Shown: positions 1 through 9,894, counted from the stretch's first letter. The stretch: DNA of 64,000 bases from an uncultured bacterium (GCA_963787205.1 CAWBCD010000014.1:182638-246637); one strand, 5' to 3'. Notes: generated by a model from the sequence alone, not told the origin. Made by a program: numbers and translations.

Positions 1-212
1 TCTGTCAGAAGTGATGGAAATAACGAGTGGCGGACGTGTTCACGAAGAATTTGGAGGGTTACGTTTCTGGAAACGAGATTTACGGATCTGTTCCACCACA
101 TCAGTCGTAATATATAAGCCTCTAGAACGGGATGGAATTGATCGATGAGTACATCAATTTTTTGAAATGTTTCACGTGAAACATTGTGATAACTTAGAAT
201 CGGATTCGGCAT
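1..212 (-). CDS. rsmG: 16S rRNA m7G527 methyltransferase RsmG/GidB, N-terminal part (runs off the left edge)
   Basis: Not in the ORF track because it has no stop in the window. Hand translation from the ATG at 212-210 (minus) gives MPNPILSYHNVSRETFQKIDVLIDQFHPVLEAYILRLMWWNRSVNLVSRNVTLQILREHVRHSLFPSLLT, open to position 1. VSRET, W-N-x3-N-L-V-S and H-x3-S-L resemble RsmG N-termini. mnmG-rsmG is a widely conserved gene pair. Confidence 0.6.
   Translation of the reverse strand, partial: MPNPILSYHNVSRETFQKIDVLIDQFHPVLEAYILRLMWWNRSVNLVSRNVTLQILREHVRHSLFPSLLT
166..185. other. parS: parS (ParB/Spo0J-binding centromere-like site), copy 1, inside rsmG codons 10-16
   Basis: AATGTTTCACGTGAAACATT is a perfect 20-bp palindrome. 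Its core 168-183, TGTTTCACGTGAAACA, matches the parS consensus tGTTNCACGTGAAACa at every specified position. Confidence 0.8.
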
Positions 213-232
213 AATGTTTCACGTGAAACATT
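213..232. other. parS: parS site, copy 2, filling the mnmG-rsmG spacer
   Basis: Identical 20-mer AATGTTTCACGTGAAACATT; the palindrome extends to 22 bp at 212-233. It overlaps the mnmG stop codon (231-233) and abuts the rsmG ATG (210-212). Confidence 0.8.
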
Positions 233-2117
233 AATTCTTAAGATAAACCATTAATACGGCAACATCGCTGGGACTGACCCCGCTGATTCTTCCTGCCTGG
301 CCAATTGTTTCAGGCTGTATTAACTCTAATTTTTGCTTTCCCTCTGCAGAAAGGCTCTTAATTGAATCGTAATTGATGGAATTAGGAATTTTCATCATCT
401 CTTGCTTCTCCATTTCTCTGGCCATTTCAAATTCCTTTTTAATATATCCGGAATACTTGACCTGGATTTCAGCTTGCTCCAGTACGAGTGGATCTTTAGT
501 TATTTCGTTTAGCTTTAACTTGAGTTCCTCGTCTCCTTTCAAGGTGTCGACTAGTTTTACCTGGGGACGAGTTAGGATGTTTGGTAGTTTGATGCCATGC
601 TTAAGTGGAGATGTACCAAGATTTTCCAGGATGGGATCATAAATTTTCGGCTGTGCCGTGTATTGTTCGACAAAATTCAACACTTCATTGAGCTGTGCTT
701 GTTTGTTTTTGACCTTGTTGTAGCGTTCATCGGAAGCGAGACCAATTTTGTATCCCAGTTCGGTTAGTCTCAGATCTGCATTGTCCTGGCGCAAAAGAAT
801 GCGATGTTCTGCCCTTGAAGTAAACATGCGATATGGCTCTTTGGTGCCTTTGCTTACAAGGTCATCGATGAGAACCCCGATATACGCTTCAGATCGCTTA
901 AGGACGAAAGGTTCATCCCCCTGGATTTTACGAGCAGCATTAATCCCAGCCATAAGCCCTTGGCATGCAGCCTCTTCGTATCCAGTTGTCCCGTTTATTT
1001 GTCCTGCAAAGAACAGCCCGGAAGTCAGTTTAGTTTCGAGGTTGCGCTTGATTTGATGTGGCGGGAAAAAATCATATTCAATAGCATATCCGGGTCTGAT
1101 CATAACCGCATCTTCAAATCCGGGAATAGTCCGGAGTGCTTTGTACTGCACGTCTTCCGGCAAACTCGTGGAGAACCCGTTGAGATACATTTCATAAGTA
1201 TTCCATCCTTCGGGTTCCAGAAAAAGTTGATGACGATCCCTTTGTGCAAATCGATTGATTTTATCTTCAATACTGGGACAGTATCTTGGACCCACCGATT
1301 TGATTCTGCCGTTGAACATGGGGCTGCGATCAAAACCGGAACGCAGAACATCGTGGACTTTAGTTGCCGTGTAACCAATCCAGCAATTCAGTTGTCTTTT
1401 GGCAGTCGGCAGGGATTCAGTAATGAAAGAAAAGGGTTGGGGATTTTTATCTCCGTATTGAACGTCCAGCTTATCATAATTAACAGATCTTCCATCAATA
1501 CGTGGAGGTGTGCCGGTCTTCAGGCGTCCGGATTCAAACCCGATATCTTCCAGGCATGCGGTAATACCTGTCGAGGCTCTCTCTCCGGATCGGCCGCCAC
1601 CGAAGTTGGTATCACCAATGTGAATAAGACCATTCAGGAAAGTGCCGGAGGTCAGGATTACCGTATCCGAATAGATGACCTGTCCTGTTTGCGTTTTCAC
1701 ACCTATGACTTCTTTACTGTCATTGATCAGGATCGATACAACACTATCCTGGCGGAAAGTAAGGTTCTCAATCCGCTCCAGTTCTTTCCGCATTGTCAGG
1801 CTATACAGTACACGGTCACATTGAGCACGCGGGCTCCACATAGCAGGTCCCTTACTCAGGTTAAGCATTCTGAATTGAACACTGGCCTGATCGGTAACAA
1901 GTCCGCTGACACCGCCAAGTGCATCAATCTCCCGAACGATCTGACCTTTGGCGACACCACCCATAGCCGGGTTACACGACATCTGTGCGATGGCATGCAG
2001 GTTCATGGTGATTAGCAGAGTCTTGTTGCCCATATGCGCCGCGGCTGCGGCCGCCTCACTGCCAGCATGGCCCGCTCCCACGACAATTGTATCATATTTT
2101 GGATAAATACTATCCAT
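231..2117 (-). CDS. mnmG: tRNA uridine 5-carboxymethylaminomethyl modification enzyme MnmG (GidA)
   Basis: 628-aa ORF. N-terminal FAD fold [16 protein letters not shown], plus SCNPAMGG and [16 protein letters not shown] motifs. Length and overall pattern are typical of MnmG. Confidence 0.95.
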   Translation of the reverse strand: MDSIYPKYDTIVVGAGHAGSEAAAAAAHMGNKTLLITMNLHAIAQMSCNPAMGGVAKGQIVREIDALGGVSGLVTDQASVQFRMLNLSKGPAMWSPRAQCDRVLYSLTMRKELERIENLTFRQDSVVSILINDSKEVIGVKTQTGQVIYSDTVILTSGTFLNGLIHIGDTNFGGGRSGERASTGITACLEDIGFESGRLKTGTPPRIDGRSVNYDKLDVQYGDKNPQPFSFITESLPTAKRQLNCWIGYTATKVHDVLRSGFDRSPMFNGRIKSVGPRYCPSIEDKINRFAQRDRHQLFLEPEGWNTYEMYLNGFSTSLPEDVQYKALRTIPGFEDAVMIRPGYAIEYDFFPPHQIKRNLETKLTSGLFFAGQINGTTGYEEAACQGLMAGINAARKIQGDEPFVLKRSEAYIGVLIDDLVSKGTKEPYRMFTSRAEHRILLRQDNADLRLTELGYKIGLASDERYNKVKNKQAQLNEVLNFVEQYTAQPKIYDPILENLGTSPLKHGIKLPNILTRPQVKLVDTLKGDEELKLKLNEITKDPLVLEQAEIQVKYSGYIKKEFEMAREMEKQEMMKIPNSINYDSIKSLSAEGKQKLELIQPETIGQAGRISGVSPSDVAVLMVYLKN

Positions 2118-2437
2118 TAATATATTGTTTTTATTAGGTTTATATAGTCTATAATCGCCTTGAATTACCTGGATATAGAAAAGGTAACCTCAAATATAAG
2201 AAAAACGCCGCACTAGAAACGATAACGGGCTAAGTGTATTAAGATTGGACTATGTAACCTGTTTTATCAGGCTATAGTATAGGGCATTATTCGCCAAAAT
2301 TATTACAGAGACATATCAGGAATAAGATGAGAGGTAAGTCATCGTTCCAGAAAACAGGTGTAAACAATAAAATGGATTTCTGAAAATTTTCCGCCTTTAA
2401 ACAAGAGAGTATATACAGTAATCAACAGGCAGACATG

Positions 2438-2472
2438 AAAAAAGCCTTGATTAAATAACAATCAAGGCTTTT
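2438..2472 (-). terminator. Rho-independent terminator downstream of tRNA-Asp
   Basis: 13-bp perfect stem, AAAAGCCTTGATT (2440-2452) with AATCAAGGCTTTT (2460-2472), and a 7-nt loop. On the minus strand it is followed by TTTTTT (complement of the A-run at 2438-2443). Confidence 0.7.
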
Positions 2473-2478
2473 AACCAG

Positions 2479-2552
2479 CGATCCGGATGGGACTCGAACC
2501 CACGACCTCCTGCGTGACAGGCAGGCGTTCTAACCAACTGAACTACCGGACC
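2479..2552 (-). tRNA. tRNA-Asp (anticodon GTC)
   Basis: The minus-strand sequence GGTCCGGTAGTTCAGTTGGTTAGAACGCCTGCCTGTCACGCAGGAGGTCGTGGGTTCGAGTCCCATCCGGATCG folds as a cloverleaf. Acceptor stem GGTCCGG/CCGGATC, anticodon stem CCTGC/GCAGG with loop CTGTCAC, T-loop TTCGAGT. CCA is not encoded. Confidence 0.9.
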
Positions 2553-2564
2553 AGCGAGATTCCA

Positions 2565-2594
2565 AATATACGATACATCCATTCGCATTGTCAA
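2565..2594 (-). promoter_or_regulatory. Sigma70-like promoter for tRNA-Asp
   Basis: On the minus strand: TTGACA (2594-2589), an 18-nt spacer, then TATATT (2570-2565), ending 12 nt before the mature tRNA 5' end. Confidence 0.45.
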
Positions 2595-2817
2595 TTCCTA
2601 TATTTAAAAACGATGCTTTGTCACAGTTTCGTTTCCATGATGCTGTTACATTAGAAATGTTATAAGAAAGACCTTTAGCTGTGAAATTCTTCTAATGCAA
2701 TAGGTTGGAAAGTTCTGAGGGTTATATATTCGCATATAGATATAGAGAACGCATCACGTAGGGGTATTTGATGTCATATATCTAAAGGGGCAGTAACCTA
2801 AAAGGGGTAATAAAAAT

Positions 2818-3201
2818 ATGGTATTTGTAAAAACGACAAATGAACTTTCGGTTAGGGTTGAACCACACTACCTTGAAGAAAAATCCAATCCGGCAGAAAG
2901 ACGGCATATATTTTCGTACTATATAACGATAGAAAATCACAGTAATGAGCCTGTGAGATTAATTCGTCGTCACTGGACTATTCAAGAAAATGGGATCTTT
3001 CCAAGATCTTATGAGGGTGAGGGTAATGTTGGACAACAACCGATTATTCCGGTTGGTGAAGAATACCGGTATAAGTGCTACTGTGTGCTCAGCAGTTACA
3101 GTGGTTTTATGGATGGGTACTACGAAATTCATTCTATGAACGGTGATGATTTTAACGTTCTAATCCCTCGATTCTCACTTATGTCATCATTGTTAAACTA
3201 A
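2818..3201 (+). CDS. apaG: ApaG (DUF525) protein
   Basis: 127 aa. VRVEPHYLEEKSNPAERRHIFSYYITIENHSNEPVRLIRRHWTI and GEGNVGQQPIIPVGEEYRYKC follow the ApaG family pattern. Confidence 0.85.
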   Translation: MVFVKTTNELSVRVEPHYLEEKSNPAERRHIFSYYITIENHSNEPVRLIRRHWTIQENGIFPRSYEGEGNVGQQPIIPVGEEYRYKCYCVLSSYSGFMDGYYEIHSMNGDDFNVLIPRFSLMSSLLN

Positions 3202-3730
3202 GGTTTTGCAGAAGCTCATAGTATCTCCTCCGATGGATAGTTTTAGTTTTATACTCTTCTAAAACCAAATGACCAGCCGGGTAGAAAAAAAAGAAAAGCT
3301 ACTCTCAACTATACAGTGAAATATCATCTCACAGTTTTTTAGTTAAATACAGCTGATATTCATGGAATGTATATCACCCTGAATACATGCCTTCCGTGAT
3401 TTAAAGTGCCTTACCGGACAAACAAACTCATAAGCCACGGATCCGGTACGGCATAAACCCTTTCTATTCTATAGCCAAAAAATTCATGCAAAATTACGGT
3501 GACAGGGTGAGGAATATAACGCGCCTTTTCCCGATGCAGATTGTGAGGGAAGTTCACACTATTCGATGTATTTTATGTAAATCATGAATATTTTGGTTAA
3601 CCGGCAACCGCTGGTAGATAAAATGAACATTTCTTTCATTAAGCCTTGCGAAATCGAGGGAATTAGTGAATTGAATTTTGGGTTAAAAAGCTCGGATATA
3701 ATTATCCATACTATTTAATAAGCTCCCATT

Positions 3731-4495
3731 ATGCGAAAATCAGGTTACAGAAACTATAATAAATGGAAGGCGATTCCGGCCGCGTTTTTAATCTTGTTTA
3801 TTGGCGGCTTCACAAGTGTTAAGGCACAGATGTTTTCTGTCAAGTCGTTGCCCCAGCAATATGGACCGCCGATGACGTCAGCCTATATCAGCGTAATTCC
3901 AACAAATTTTCAGTATAAACCCAGGGGATCCGGATCGAATACACAAACAAATGCTTTCGATTTTAATGATCCTTTATATCGATTGGGATTAGATCTATCC
4001 GGTCTGGAAATTAATGCAACGGCCGGCTGGAGTCTTGGCCCACTTAACAACCTGAATTACTTTGGACTGGAAATCGGTTTTAATTCAAAATATCCGGTTT
4101 TGCGAACCCATCCCTTCGTCTTAAGCTTGCCTTTGGCAATTAAGATTGGTTATACGAGGGTTAATGATAAAAGATCAAGCAACATATCAAATGATTTCAG
4201 ACAGAATAATGCAACGATCGGTTCCGGATTGCATGCCGATTTCATGCTGCCGCATCGAATAAGAATAAGCCTTGAAGGGACCGTTAATTATGGTTTTAGT
4301 ACCAGGTCATTGGGGCAGTCTAGCGGTTCCGCATGGATCATCGATAGCCGGAACCGCATCTACTTTGATCGCGTGTTAGGGCAAATTGGTTTTGTTGCGG
4401 GCCTGGATTATCGTTATACCCGGTTCAATGGAAGTGGAATAGAATTTGATTACGGAGAGAAAAATATAGGATTCATACTGGGAATAACTTTTTAA
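3731..4495 (+). CDS. Hypothetical outer-membrane beta-barrel-like protein
   Basis: Signal peptide (AAFLILFIGGFTSVKAQ), alternating-polarity strands rich in G/Y/N, and a C-terminal Phe (ILGITF). No family recognised. Confidence 0.55.
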   Translation: MRKSGYRNYNKWKAIPAAFLILFIGGFTSVKAQMFSVKSLPQQYGPPMTSAYISVIPTNFQYKPRGSGSNTQTNAFDFNDPLYRLGLDLSGLEINATAGWSLGPLNNLNYFGLEIGFNSKYPVLRTHPFVLSLPLAIKIGYTRVNDKRSSNISNDFRQNNATIGSGLHADFMLPHRIRISLEGTVNYGFSTRSLGQSSGSAWIIDSRNRIYFDRVLGQIGFVAGLDYRYTRFNGSGIEFDYGEKNIGFILGITF

Positions 4496-4794
4496 TGAAG
4501 CCTGAAAAACTATTACTTGAGCTTGAAGAGCTCATAGATGACATCGGATATACTATTCGCCGCGAGAAAGGTGCTTTTAGAAGTGATTCATGTGTGATGG
4601 AAGGACAAAAATTAATTGTCCTGAATAAACGGCAACCAGCGGAATCCCAAATATCGGTCCTTACCAGGGTTCTTGAAAATAATCTTACAGATGATATTTA
4701 TGTTAAACCTGCGGTCCGTAAGGACATAGCTGAGTATCTTGCACGTCGGCCTCGTTCAAATGAGGATGATGACGTTGACAGTCAACCGGATTAA
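4495..4794 (+). CDS. Hypothetical 99-aa cytoplasmic protein with an acidic C-terminus
   Basis: The ATG overlaps the upstream TAA (TAATG), and there is a 2-nt gap to the next gene. No recognisable domain. Confidence 0.5.
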   Translation: MKPEKLLLELEELIDDIGYTIRREKGAFRSDSCVMEGQKLIVLNKRQPAESQISVLTRVLENNLTDDIYVKPAVRKDIAEYLARRPRSNEDDDVDSQPD

Positions 4795-4796
4795 AT

Positions 4797-5555
4797 ATGC
4801 GTATTACTTTTCTGGGAACCGGTACTTCGATGGGAGTTCCGGTAGCAGGTGGTTTTGGTAGTGAAGAGATGACAGGGGATCCCCGCGACAACCGTTACCG
4901 TTGTTCTGCATGGATACAGACAAAAGAAGCTTCGGTACTGATTGATATTGGTCCCGAATTTCGGCTGCAGACGTTAAGAGCAGGTATCCGACATATCGAT
5001 CTGCTGCTTCTTACCCATGAACACACTGATCATATAGGAGGCCTTGACGACCTCAGACCCTTTAATTATGTACAGGGTAGTAAAATACCCGTGTATACAA
5101 CACAGAGCTGCGCCGCTTCCCTGAAACGCCGATTTGAATACATGTTTGAACCGAATAAGACTCCGGGTTCCGTTAACCTGGATATTCAGACTCATTCCAG
5201 AAGTATTACTTTTCGGGACTGTAGGATCACTCCCTTACCTGTTTACCACGGTGATCTCTTAATTCACGGTTTTAGAATTAATGATCTGAGCTACATCACA
5301 GATACAAATTATATTCCGGAGCAGACCCTGGAACTGGTGAAGGGTTCGAAGCTACTCGTTTTAAATGGATTGCGATGGTCACCTGAACATCCGACACATT
5401 TCACAATCCCCCAGGCTGTGGAAGTGGCGCAAAAGCTAAATATTCCGATGACCTATTTGATTCACATGTCTTCTCATGTTAACCATGCAATGACCAATAA
5501 AAAATTGCCGGATAATATTCGCCTGGCCTACGATCAGCTTACCATTGATCTATAA
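4797..5555 (+). CDS. MBL-fold metallo-hydrolase (PhnP-like)
   Basis: MRITFLGTGTSMGVP N-terminus and an HxHxDH motif (LTHEHTDHIGG). The 252-aa size is typical of the family. Confidence 0.8.
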   Translation: MRITFLGTGTSMGVPVAGGFGSEEMTGDPRDNRYRCSAWIQTKEASVLIDIGPEFRLQTLRAGIRHIDLLLLTHEHTDHIGGLDDLRPFNYVQGSKIPVYTTQSCAASLKRRFEYMFEPNKTPGSVNLDIQTHSRSITFRDCRITPLPVYHGDLLIHGFRINDLSYITDTNYIPEQTLELVKGSKLLVLNGLRWSPEHPTHFTIPQAVEVAQKLNIPMTYLIHMSSHVNHAMTNKKLPDNIRLAYDQLTIDL

Positions 5556-5564
5556 CAAAGACCC

Positions 5565-6647
5565 TTACCGATAAGGCTTGGTTTGCTTGTCATTGAGCGA
5601 TTCAACCACTTTTTTTACGTCCTGCGCGGCATCGAGCCTTGCAACAAGAAGAGCGTCGTCCGTATCAACAACGGCAACTCCCTGCAGTCCAACAACGGCA
5701 ACAAATCGATTAGTGCTTGAGGAGACGTAACAATTACTCGAGTTGATCAACCGCGAGCACGGCACTTTGATAACATTACCGAGTTTGTCTTTTCCCTCAA
5801 GTTCATAAACAGCAAGCCAGCTACCTACATCATTCCATCCGAAATCACCAGGTACAACATATACGGTATTTGCCTTTTCCATTACCCCATAGTCGATGCT
5901 GATGTCGTTAGCATTTCGGTAGAAATTGTTCAGCGCCTCATGCATCCCGTTCTTCCTGGTAGAGTCGGGAAAAGCATTTGTAAGATTATGCAGATGGGGT
6001 AGATCAACTTTAATTTCATCGAGTATAGTGGAAGCCTTCCAAACAAACATGCCACTGTTCCAGAGAAAATCACCGGATTTCAGAAAGCTTACAGCTGTTT
6101 CTATATCAGGTTTTTCTGCGAATGTCACAACTTCGTGTACGTTAATTCCATCAAACTCCTCATTGCCACTCGTATTGAATTGGATGTACCCATAGCCTGT
6201 TTCCGGTCTGTGTGGTTCTATGCCGATGGTTACCAGATTGGCTCCCTCGTTGGCTTTGGCAACAGCAGCCTGTAACACAGAAAGAAATTTATCCGGTTTG
6301 GTTATAAAATGATCAGATGGCAATACGATCATCGTGCCTTCCGGATCTCGTTCTTTGACAATTGTCGCAGCCAGAGCAATGCAAGGTGCCGTATTTTTGC
6401 CGATTGGCTCACCTATTATGTTTTCGGCTGGCAAATCAGGGATCTGTTGTTGAACAAGATCTACGTATTGTTCATTGGTGATAACCAGGATCCGATCATG
6501 TGATATGATTTTAGAGATACGATCAACAGTGTTTTGAAATAAAGTTCGTTCATCAAAAAAATTTAAGAATTGTTTGGGTCTTGATTCCCGGCTTTTTGGC
6601 CAGAAACGGGTTCCTATCCCACCAGCCATAATGATAGCATACGTCAT
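5565..6647 (-). CDS. Mannose-1-phosphate guanylyltransferase (nucleotide-sugar pyrophosphorylase)
   Basis: N-terminal IIMAGGIGTRFWPKSRESRPKQFL signature. 360 aa, with no PMI/cupin extension. Confidence 0.8.
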   Translation of the reverse strand: MTYAIIMAGGIGTRFWPKSRESRPKQFLNFFDERTLFQNTVDRISKIISHDRILVITNEQYVDLVQQQIPDLPAENIIGEPIGKNTAPCIALAATIVKERDPEGTMIVLPSDHFITKPDKFLSVLQAAVAKANEGANLVTIGIEPHRPETGYGYIQFNTSGNEEFDGINVHEVVTFAEKPDIETAVSFLKSGDFLWNSGMFVWKASTILDEIKVDLPHLHNLTNAFPDSTRKNGMHEALNNFYRNANDISIDYGVMEKANTVYVVPGDFGWNDVGSWLAVYELEGKDKLGNVIKVPCSRLINSSNCYVSSSTNRFVAVVGLQGVAVVDTDDALLVARLDAAQDVKKVVESLNDKQTKPYR

Positions 6648-6705
6648 AATAATAGTTTGATGATTAATTGATACTGCGCGTTGGTCTCTAAAGTACCAAG
6701 AAATT

Positions 6706-7782
6706 TCAATTCACTGAAACGTTGTTAATTTTTGGCATAGTGAAACTGAAGGTACTTCCCGTTTGTGGTTTGCTACGCATAAAAAATTGTTCGCCGTGAG
6801 CTTCGATAATGTGTTTTACAATAGATAATCCAAGACCTGTTCCGCCCTTCTCTCTTGAACGGGATTTATCGACGCGATAGAAGCGTTCGGTGATGCGATG
6901 CAGATCCTTCTCTTCGATTCCAAGTCCTGTGTCTTCAACAGTAATTTCTATCTTATCCGGGTTTGCAGGGAACTCTCTGGCGTTGATTTTAACGGTACCT
7001 CCGGCTCTATTATACTTGATTGCGTTATCGATAAGATTATTTAACACCTGTCGCAATTGATTCCGATCAGCACGTACTTTAAGAGATGAATCAAAGGGTT
7101 CAACGAATACGGTTACCTGTTCCCGGTCTGCCTTGTATTGAAGCGTATCCACAATTTCTGTAATGACCGGCTTTAAAGGAATTTCCTGGTTGAATATTTT
7201 CAGTTCTCCTGTTTCGAGTTTAGAGATTTCTATAAGATCATTGGTCAGGTAGATAAGTCGATTGACGTTTCTCATCGCTTTCTTCAAAAATTTCCGGTTC
7301 ACCTCCTGGTCCTCGAGCGCACCATTTAGCAGGGTCTCGATGAATCCCTGAACAGCGAAGGTGGGGGTTTTTAACTCGTGGGAAACATCTCCAATAAATT
7401 CCTTCCGGTAATTTTCCATCCTTTTCAGACGCTCAATCTCACCTTCAACGGTGTAGCCTGCTTTGGCATTGATGGAAAGAACCTGATCCAGTTCATCATG
7501 AATAACAGGAGGGGATACAAACTCAGTATCAAACTTCTTTTCGGCAATGGCCCGGGTCGTTCGATACAGAATACCAAGACGTGGCATCAGGATATGCCTC
7601 AGTATCATGTACAAAATACTGCCTATCAGTAGTGATACAAAGATGCTAATGAGGAACGTAACTCCAGGTGGCAGAAACCAGATAAGTATAATGAACAGGA
7701 CCACAACACTGGTAAAAGTGATATAAAAGCTGACGTGAAGACCCAGTGTAAATGGAGCTTTTGTCGGATGTTTACTGGTCAT
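6706..7782 (-). CDS. Two-component sensor histidine kinase
   Basis: Two N-terminal TM segments, H-box VSHELKTPT, N-box NLIDNAIKY, and G-boxes DTGLGI and GGTGLGLSIVK. Confidence 0.9.
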   Translation of the reverse strand: MTSKHPTKAPFTLGLHVSFYITFTSVVVLFIILIWFLPPGVTFLISIFVSLLIGSILYMILRHILMPRLGILYRTTRAIAEKKFDTEFVSPPVIHDELDQVLSINAKAGYTVEGEIERLKRMENYRKEFIGDVSHELKTPTFAVQGFIETLLNGALEDQEVNRKFLKKAMRNVNRLIYLTNDLIEISKLETGELKIFNQEIPLKPVITEIVDTLQYKADREQVTVFVEPFDSSLKVRADRNQLRQVLNNLIDNAIKYNRAGGTVKINAREFPANPDKIEITVEDTGLGIEEKDLHRITERFYRVDKSRSREKGGTGLGLSIVKHIIEAHGEQFFMRSKPQTGSTFSFTMPKINNVSVN

Positions 7783-8459
7783 TCCTTAAAGCGGTATCCA
7801 ACTCCTTTTACCGTTTCGATATAATCGTCACCTATTTTCTCACGGATTTTTCGTACGTGTACATCGATAGTTCGGTCAATGACGTAAATATTGCTGCCCC
7901 ATACTTTGTTTAGTAGTGTCTGGCGGTCAAGTACCTTCCCGATACGGCTGGCCAGAAAATAGAGTAATTCAAACTCTTTTTTTGGGAGCTGCAGTTCCTG
8001 TCCTTGCTTAGAAACGATGTACCGGTCACGATCTATGGTAAGATCATGAGCCTCAATGATATTCTGATCGTTTTGCTCTGATTCTTCCGTACGTCTCAAA
8101 ACCGCATTAATCCGTGAAATCAGTTTTGTGGTACTTATAGGTTTTGTGAGATAATCATCTCCTCCGGAATCCAGTCCCAGGATCTCTGTTTTCTCATCGC
8201 TGCGAGCTGTCAAAAAAACAATAGGCGCTTTTTTAAGCTTGTCGTCTTCACGAATGACCTCACAGACCTGGAGCCCTGTCATTTGCGGCATCATAATATC
8301 AAGAATGATGAGATCTGGCAGTTCTTTTTTTGCAACGCGTATACCATCGAGTCCATTATCCGCCTTCAGGACTCTATATCCTTCTTTTCGCAGGTTGTAT
8401 TCGATTAAATCAAGAAGGTCTTTTTCATCGTCTACAACTAGAATTGTTTTTTGATTCAC
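7779..8459 (-). CDS. OmpR/PhoB-family response regulator
   Basis: Receiver domain (ILVVDDEKD, DLIILDIMMP) plus a winged-helix C-terminus (TVKGVGYRF). The ORF-track start at 8549 adds 30 residues that do not look like receiver domain. An in-frame GTG at 8459 gives (M)NQKTILVVDDE. The stop overlaps the kinase ATG (ATGA). Confidence 0.85.
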   Translation of the reverse strand: MNQKTILVVDDEKDLLDLIEYNLRKEGYRVLKADNGLDGIRVAKKELPDLIILDIMMPQMTGLQVCEVIREDDKLKKAPIVFLTARSDEKTEILGLDSGGDDYLTKPISTTKLISRINAVLRRTEESEQNDQNIIEAHDLTIDRDRYIVSKQGQELQLPKKEFELLYFLASRIGKVLDRQTLLNKVWGSNIYVIDRTIDVHVRKIREKIGDDYIETVKGVGYRFKE

Positions 8460-8567
8460 AATCGAATTATTTGTTTCAGAAATACACCAGCACGGTAGAC
8501 TCTCAAATAGAATAAGGCTGGCCTTAATTAACCACCCAAAATTAACCATTTTAAGATTAAGAAATTA

Positions 8568-9173
8568 TTACCTGTTAAGAGTCTTGAGTGCCTCTCTGAT
8601 TAAAGCAGCAGTATCACGTAGCTGGTCGTTAGTACGCATTAATTTTCTGATCGTTTCCTCGGCATCCTGTTTTTTGTATCCGAGCGATTGTAAGGCAACC
8701 GCCGCTTCATGTGCACTATCGCGTGAGAGGCCTGAATGCAGCTGACCACCGTTACCCGCTGTAATTGAGACCGAATCAATCTTGTCTCGCAATTCCAGGA
8801 GAAGCCGTTCGGCCGTTTTTTTCCCGATGCCAGGTATTTGGGACAGGCGGTGGGCATCCTGAGATGCGATGATTGAGACCAGTTGTGAGGCATCAATTCC
8901 TGATAAGATATTTAGGGCAAGACGCGGGCCGATATTTTTTACGGTAATAAGCAGCTCGAACAATTCCTTTTCCTCAGGAGTGAGGAAGCCGAAGAGCCGT
9001 TGGTCAGACTCCGTGAAATGATGATAGATACGAAGTTGAACAGGCTGGCCCTCAACCGGAAGTTTCTCATAAGTAATAGTAGATATGCCCACCTGATAAC
9101 CTACACCGTTTACGTCGACAATGACTTCATTTGCCTGTTTATCAAACAAGATGCCGTTGAGATATGCGATCAT
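8568..9173 (-). CDS. ruvA: Holliday junction DNA helicase subunit RuvA
   Basis: MIAYLNGIL N-terminus, a helix-hairpin-helix region (IPGIGKKTAERLLLELRDK), and 201 aa. Confidence 0.9.
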   Translation of the reverse strand: MIAYLNGILFDKQANEVIVDVNGVGYQVGISTITYEKLPVEGQPVQLRIYHHFTESDQRLFGFLTPEEKELFELLITVKNIGPRLALNILSGIDASQLVSIIASQDAHRLSQIPGIGKKTAERLLLELRDKIDSVSITAGNGGQLHSGLSRDSAHEAAVALQSLGYKKQDAEETIRKLMRTNDQLRDTAALIREALKTLNR

Positions 9174-9180
9174 GGATTAT

Positions 9181-9759
9181 CTATCGGATACGTTCTGGAT
9201 TTTCACGAATGAATTCAGCCCAGTCGGAGCTTTTCCGGTTTTGATGTTTCTTTCGGCTGGAAACCGGCATCCCATGAGACTGCTGTGATTCTTTCATAGA
9301 ATGACACCACGCAACAGCAAGCGCATCGGTGGCATCCGGTGGGAGTTTTTCGTCAGGAAGTGAAACAACTTTCCGCAACATAAAAGCAACCTGATCCTTT
9401 CCTGCATTTCCACGTCCGGTTACCGCCTTCTTTACCGTTTTGGGATAATACTCAATAACGGGAACATGATTTGAAGTGGCAGCCAGTATGGCAGCAGCCT
9501 GTGCTCGTCCAAGTTTGAGCATAGCCAGTGGATCTTTTCCATAGACCGGAGTCTCGATGGCACAGGCAGCCGGTTCAAATGACTGAATAATATTGGTCAG
9601 ATATTCAAAAATGTATTGAAGTCTCTCCGAATGATCCTCGAGATGTGCCAATCGCAGAACATCACACCGCAACGCTGAGTAGCGATTACCATTTATATGC
9701 AGAATAGAATAACCCAGATTTCTTGACCCGGGATCGATGCCGAGTATTACGGTGGACAT
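9181..9759 (-). CDS. ruvC: Crossover junction endodeoxyribonuclease RuvC
   Basis: ILGIDPGSRNLGYSIL N-terminus with catalytic Asp, and a RuvC-like core. It lies adjacent to ruvA. Confidence 0.9.
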   Translation of the reverse strand: MSTVILGIDPGSRNLGYSILHINGNRYSALRCDVLRLAHLEDHSERLQYIFEYLTNIIQSFEPAACAIETPVYGKDPLAMLKLGRAQAAAILAATSNHVPVIEYYPKTVKKAVTGRGNAGKDQVAFMLRKVVSLPDEKLPPDATDALAVAWCHSMKESQQSHGMPVSSRKKHQNRKSSDWAEFIRENPERIR

Positions 9760-9850
9760 GGTATAACATTCGGTTTTTCAGGAAGAATTAATAAAAGGTA
9801 GCTAAAAGACAAGACGAAAAAAATCGATGGATTGAAACTACGCTATTTCA

Positions 9851-9894
9851 CAAAAAACAGACATGAACGGACAGGGATCATTTCATGTCTGTTT
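9851..9894 (-). terminator. Rho-independent terminator (minus strand), probably ending the fabI transcript
   Basis: 13-bp perfect stem, AAACAGACATGAA (9855-9867) with TTCATGTCTGTTT (9882-9894). On the minus strand the stem runs into a T6 tract (complement of 9852-9857). Confidence 0.55.

Noticed and set aside
960-2015. 351-aa ORF on the plus strand, plus smaller ones at 373-642, 748-1056 and 1100-1378
   Set aside because: They lie entirely inside and antisense or out-of-frame to the well-supported mnmG gene. They have no recognisable motifs and a Ser/Cys/Arg-rich composition typical of shadow ORFs.
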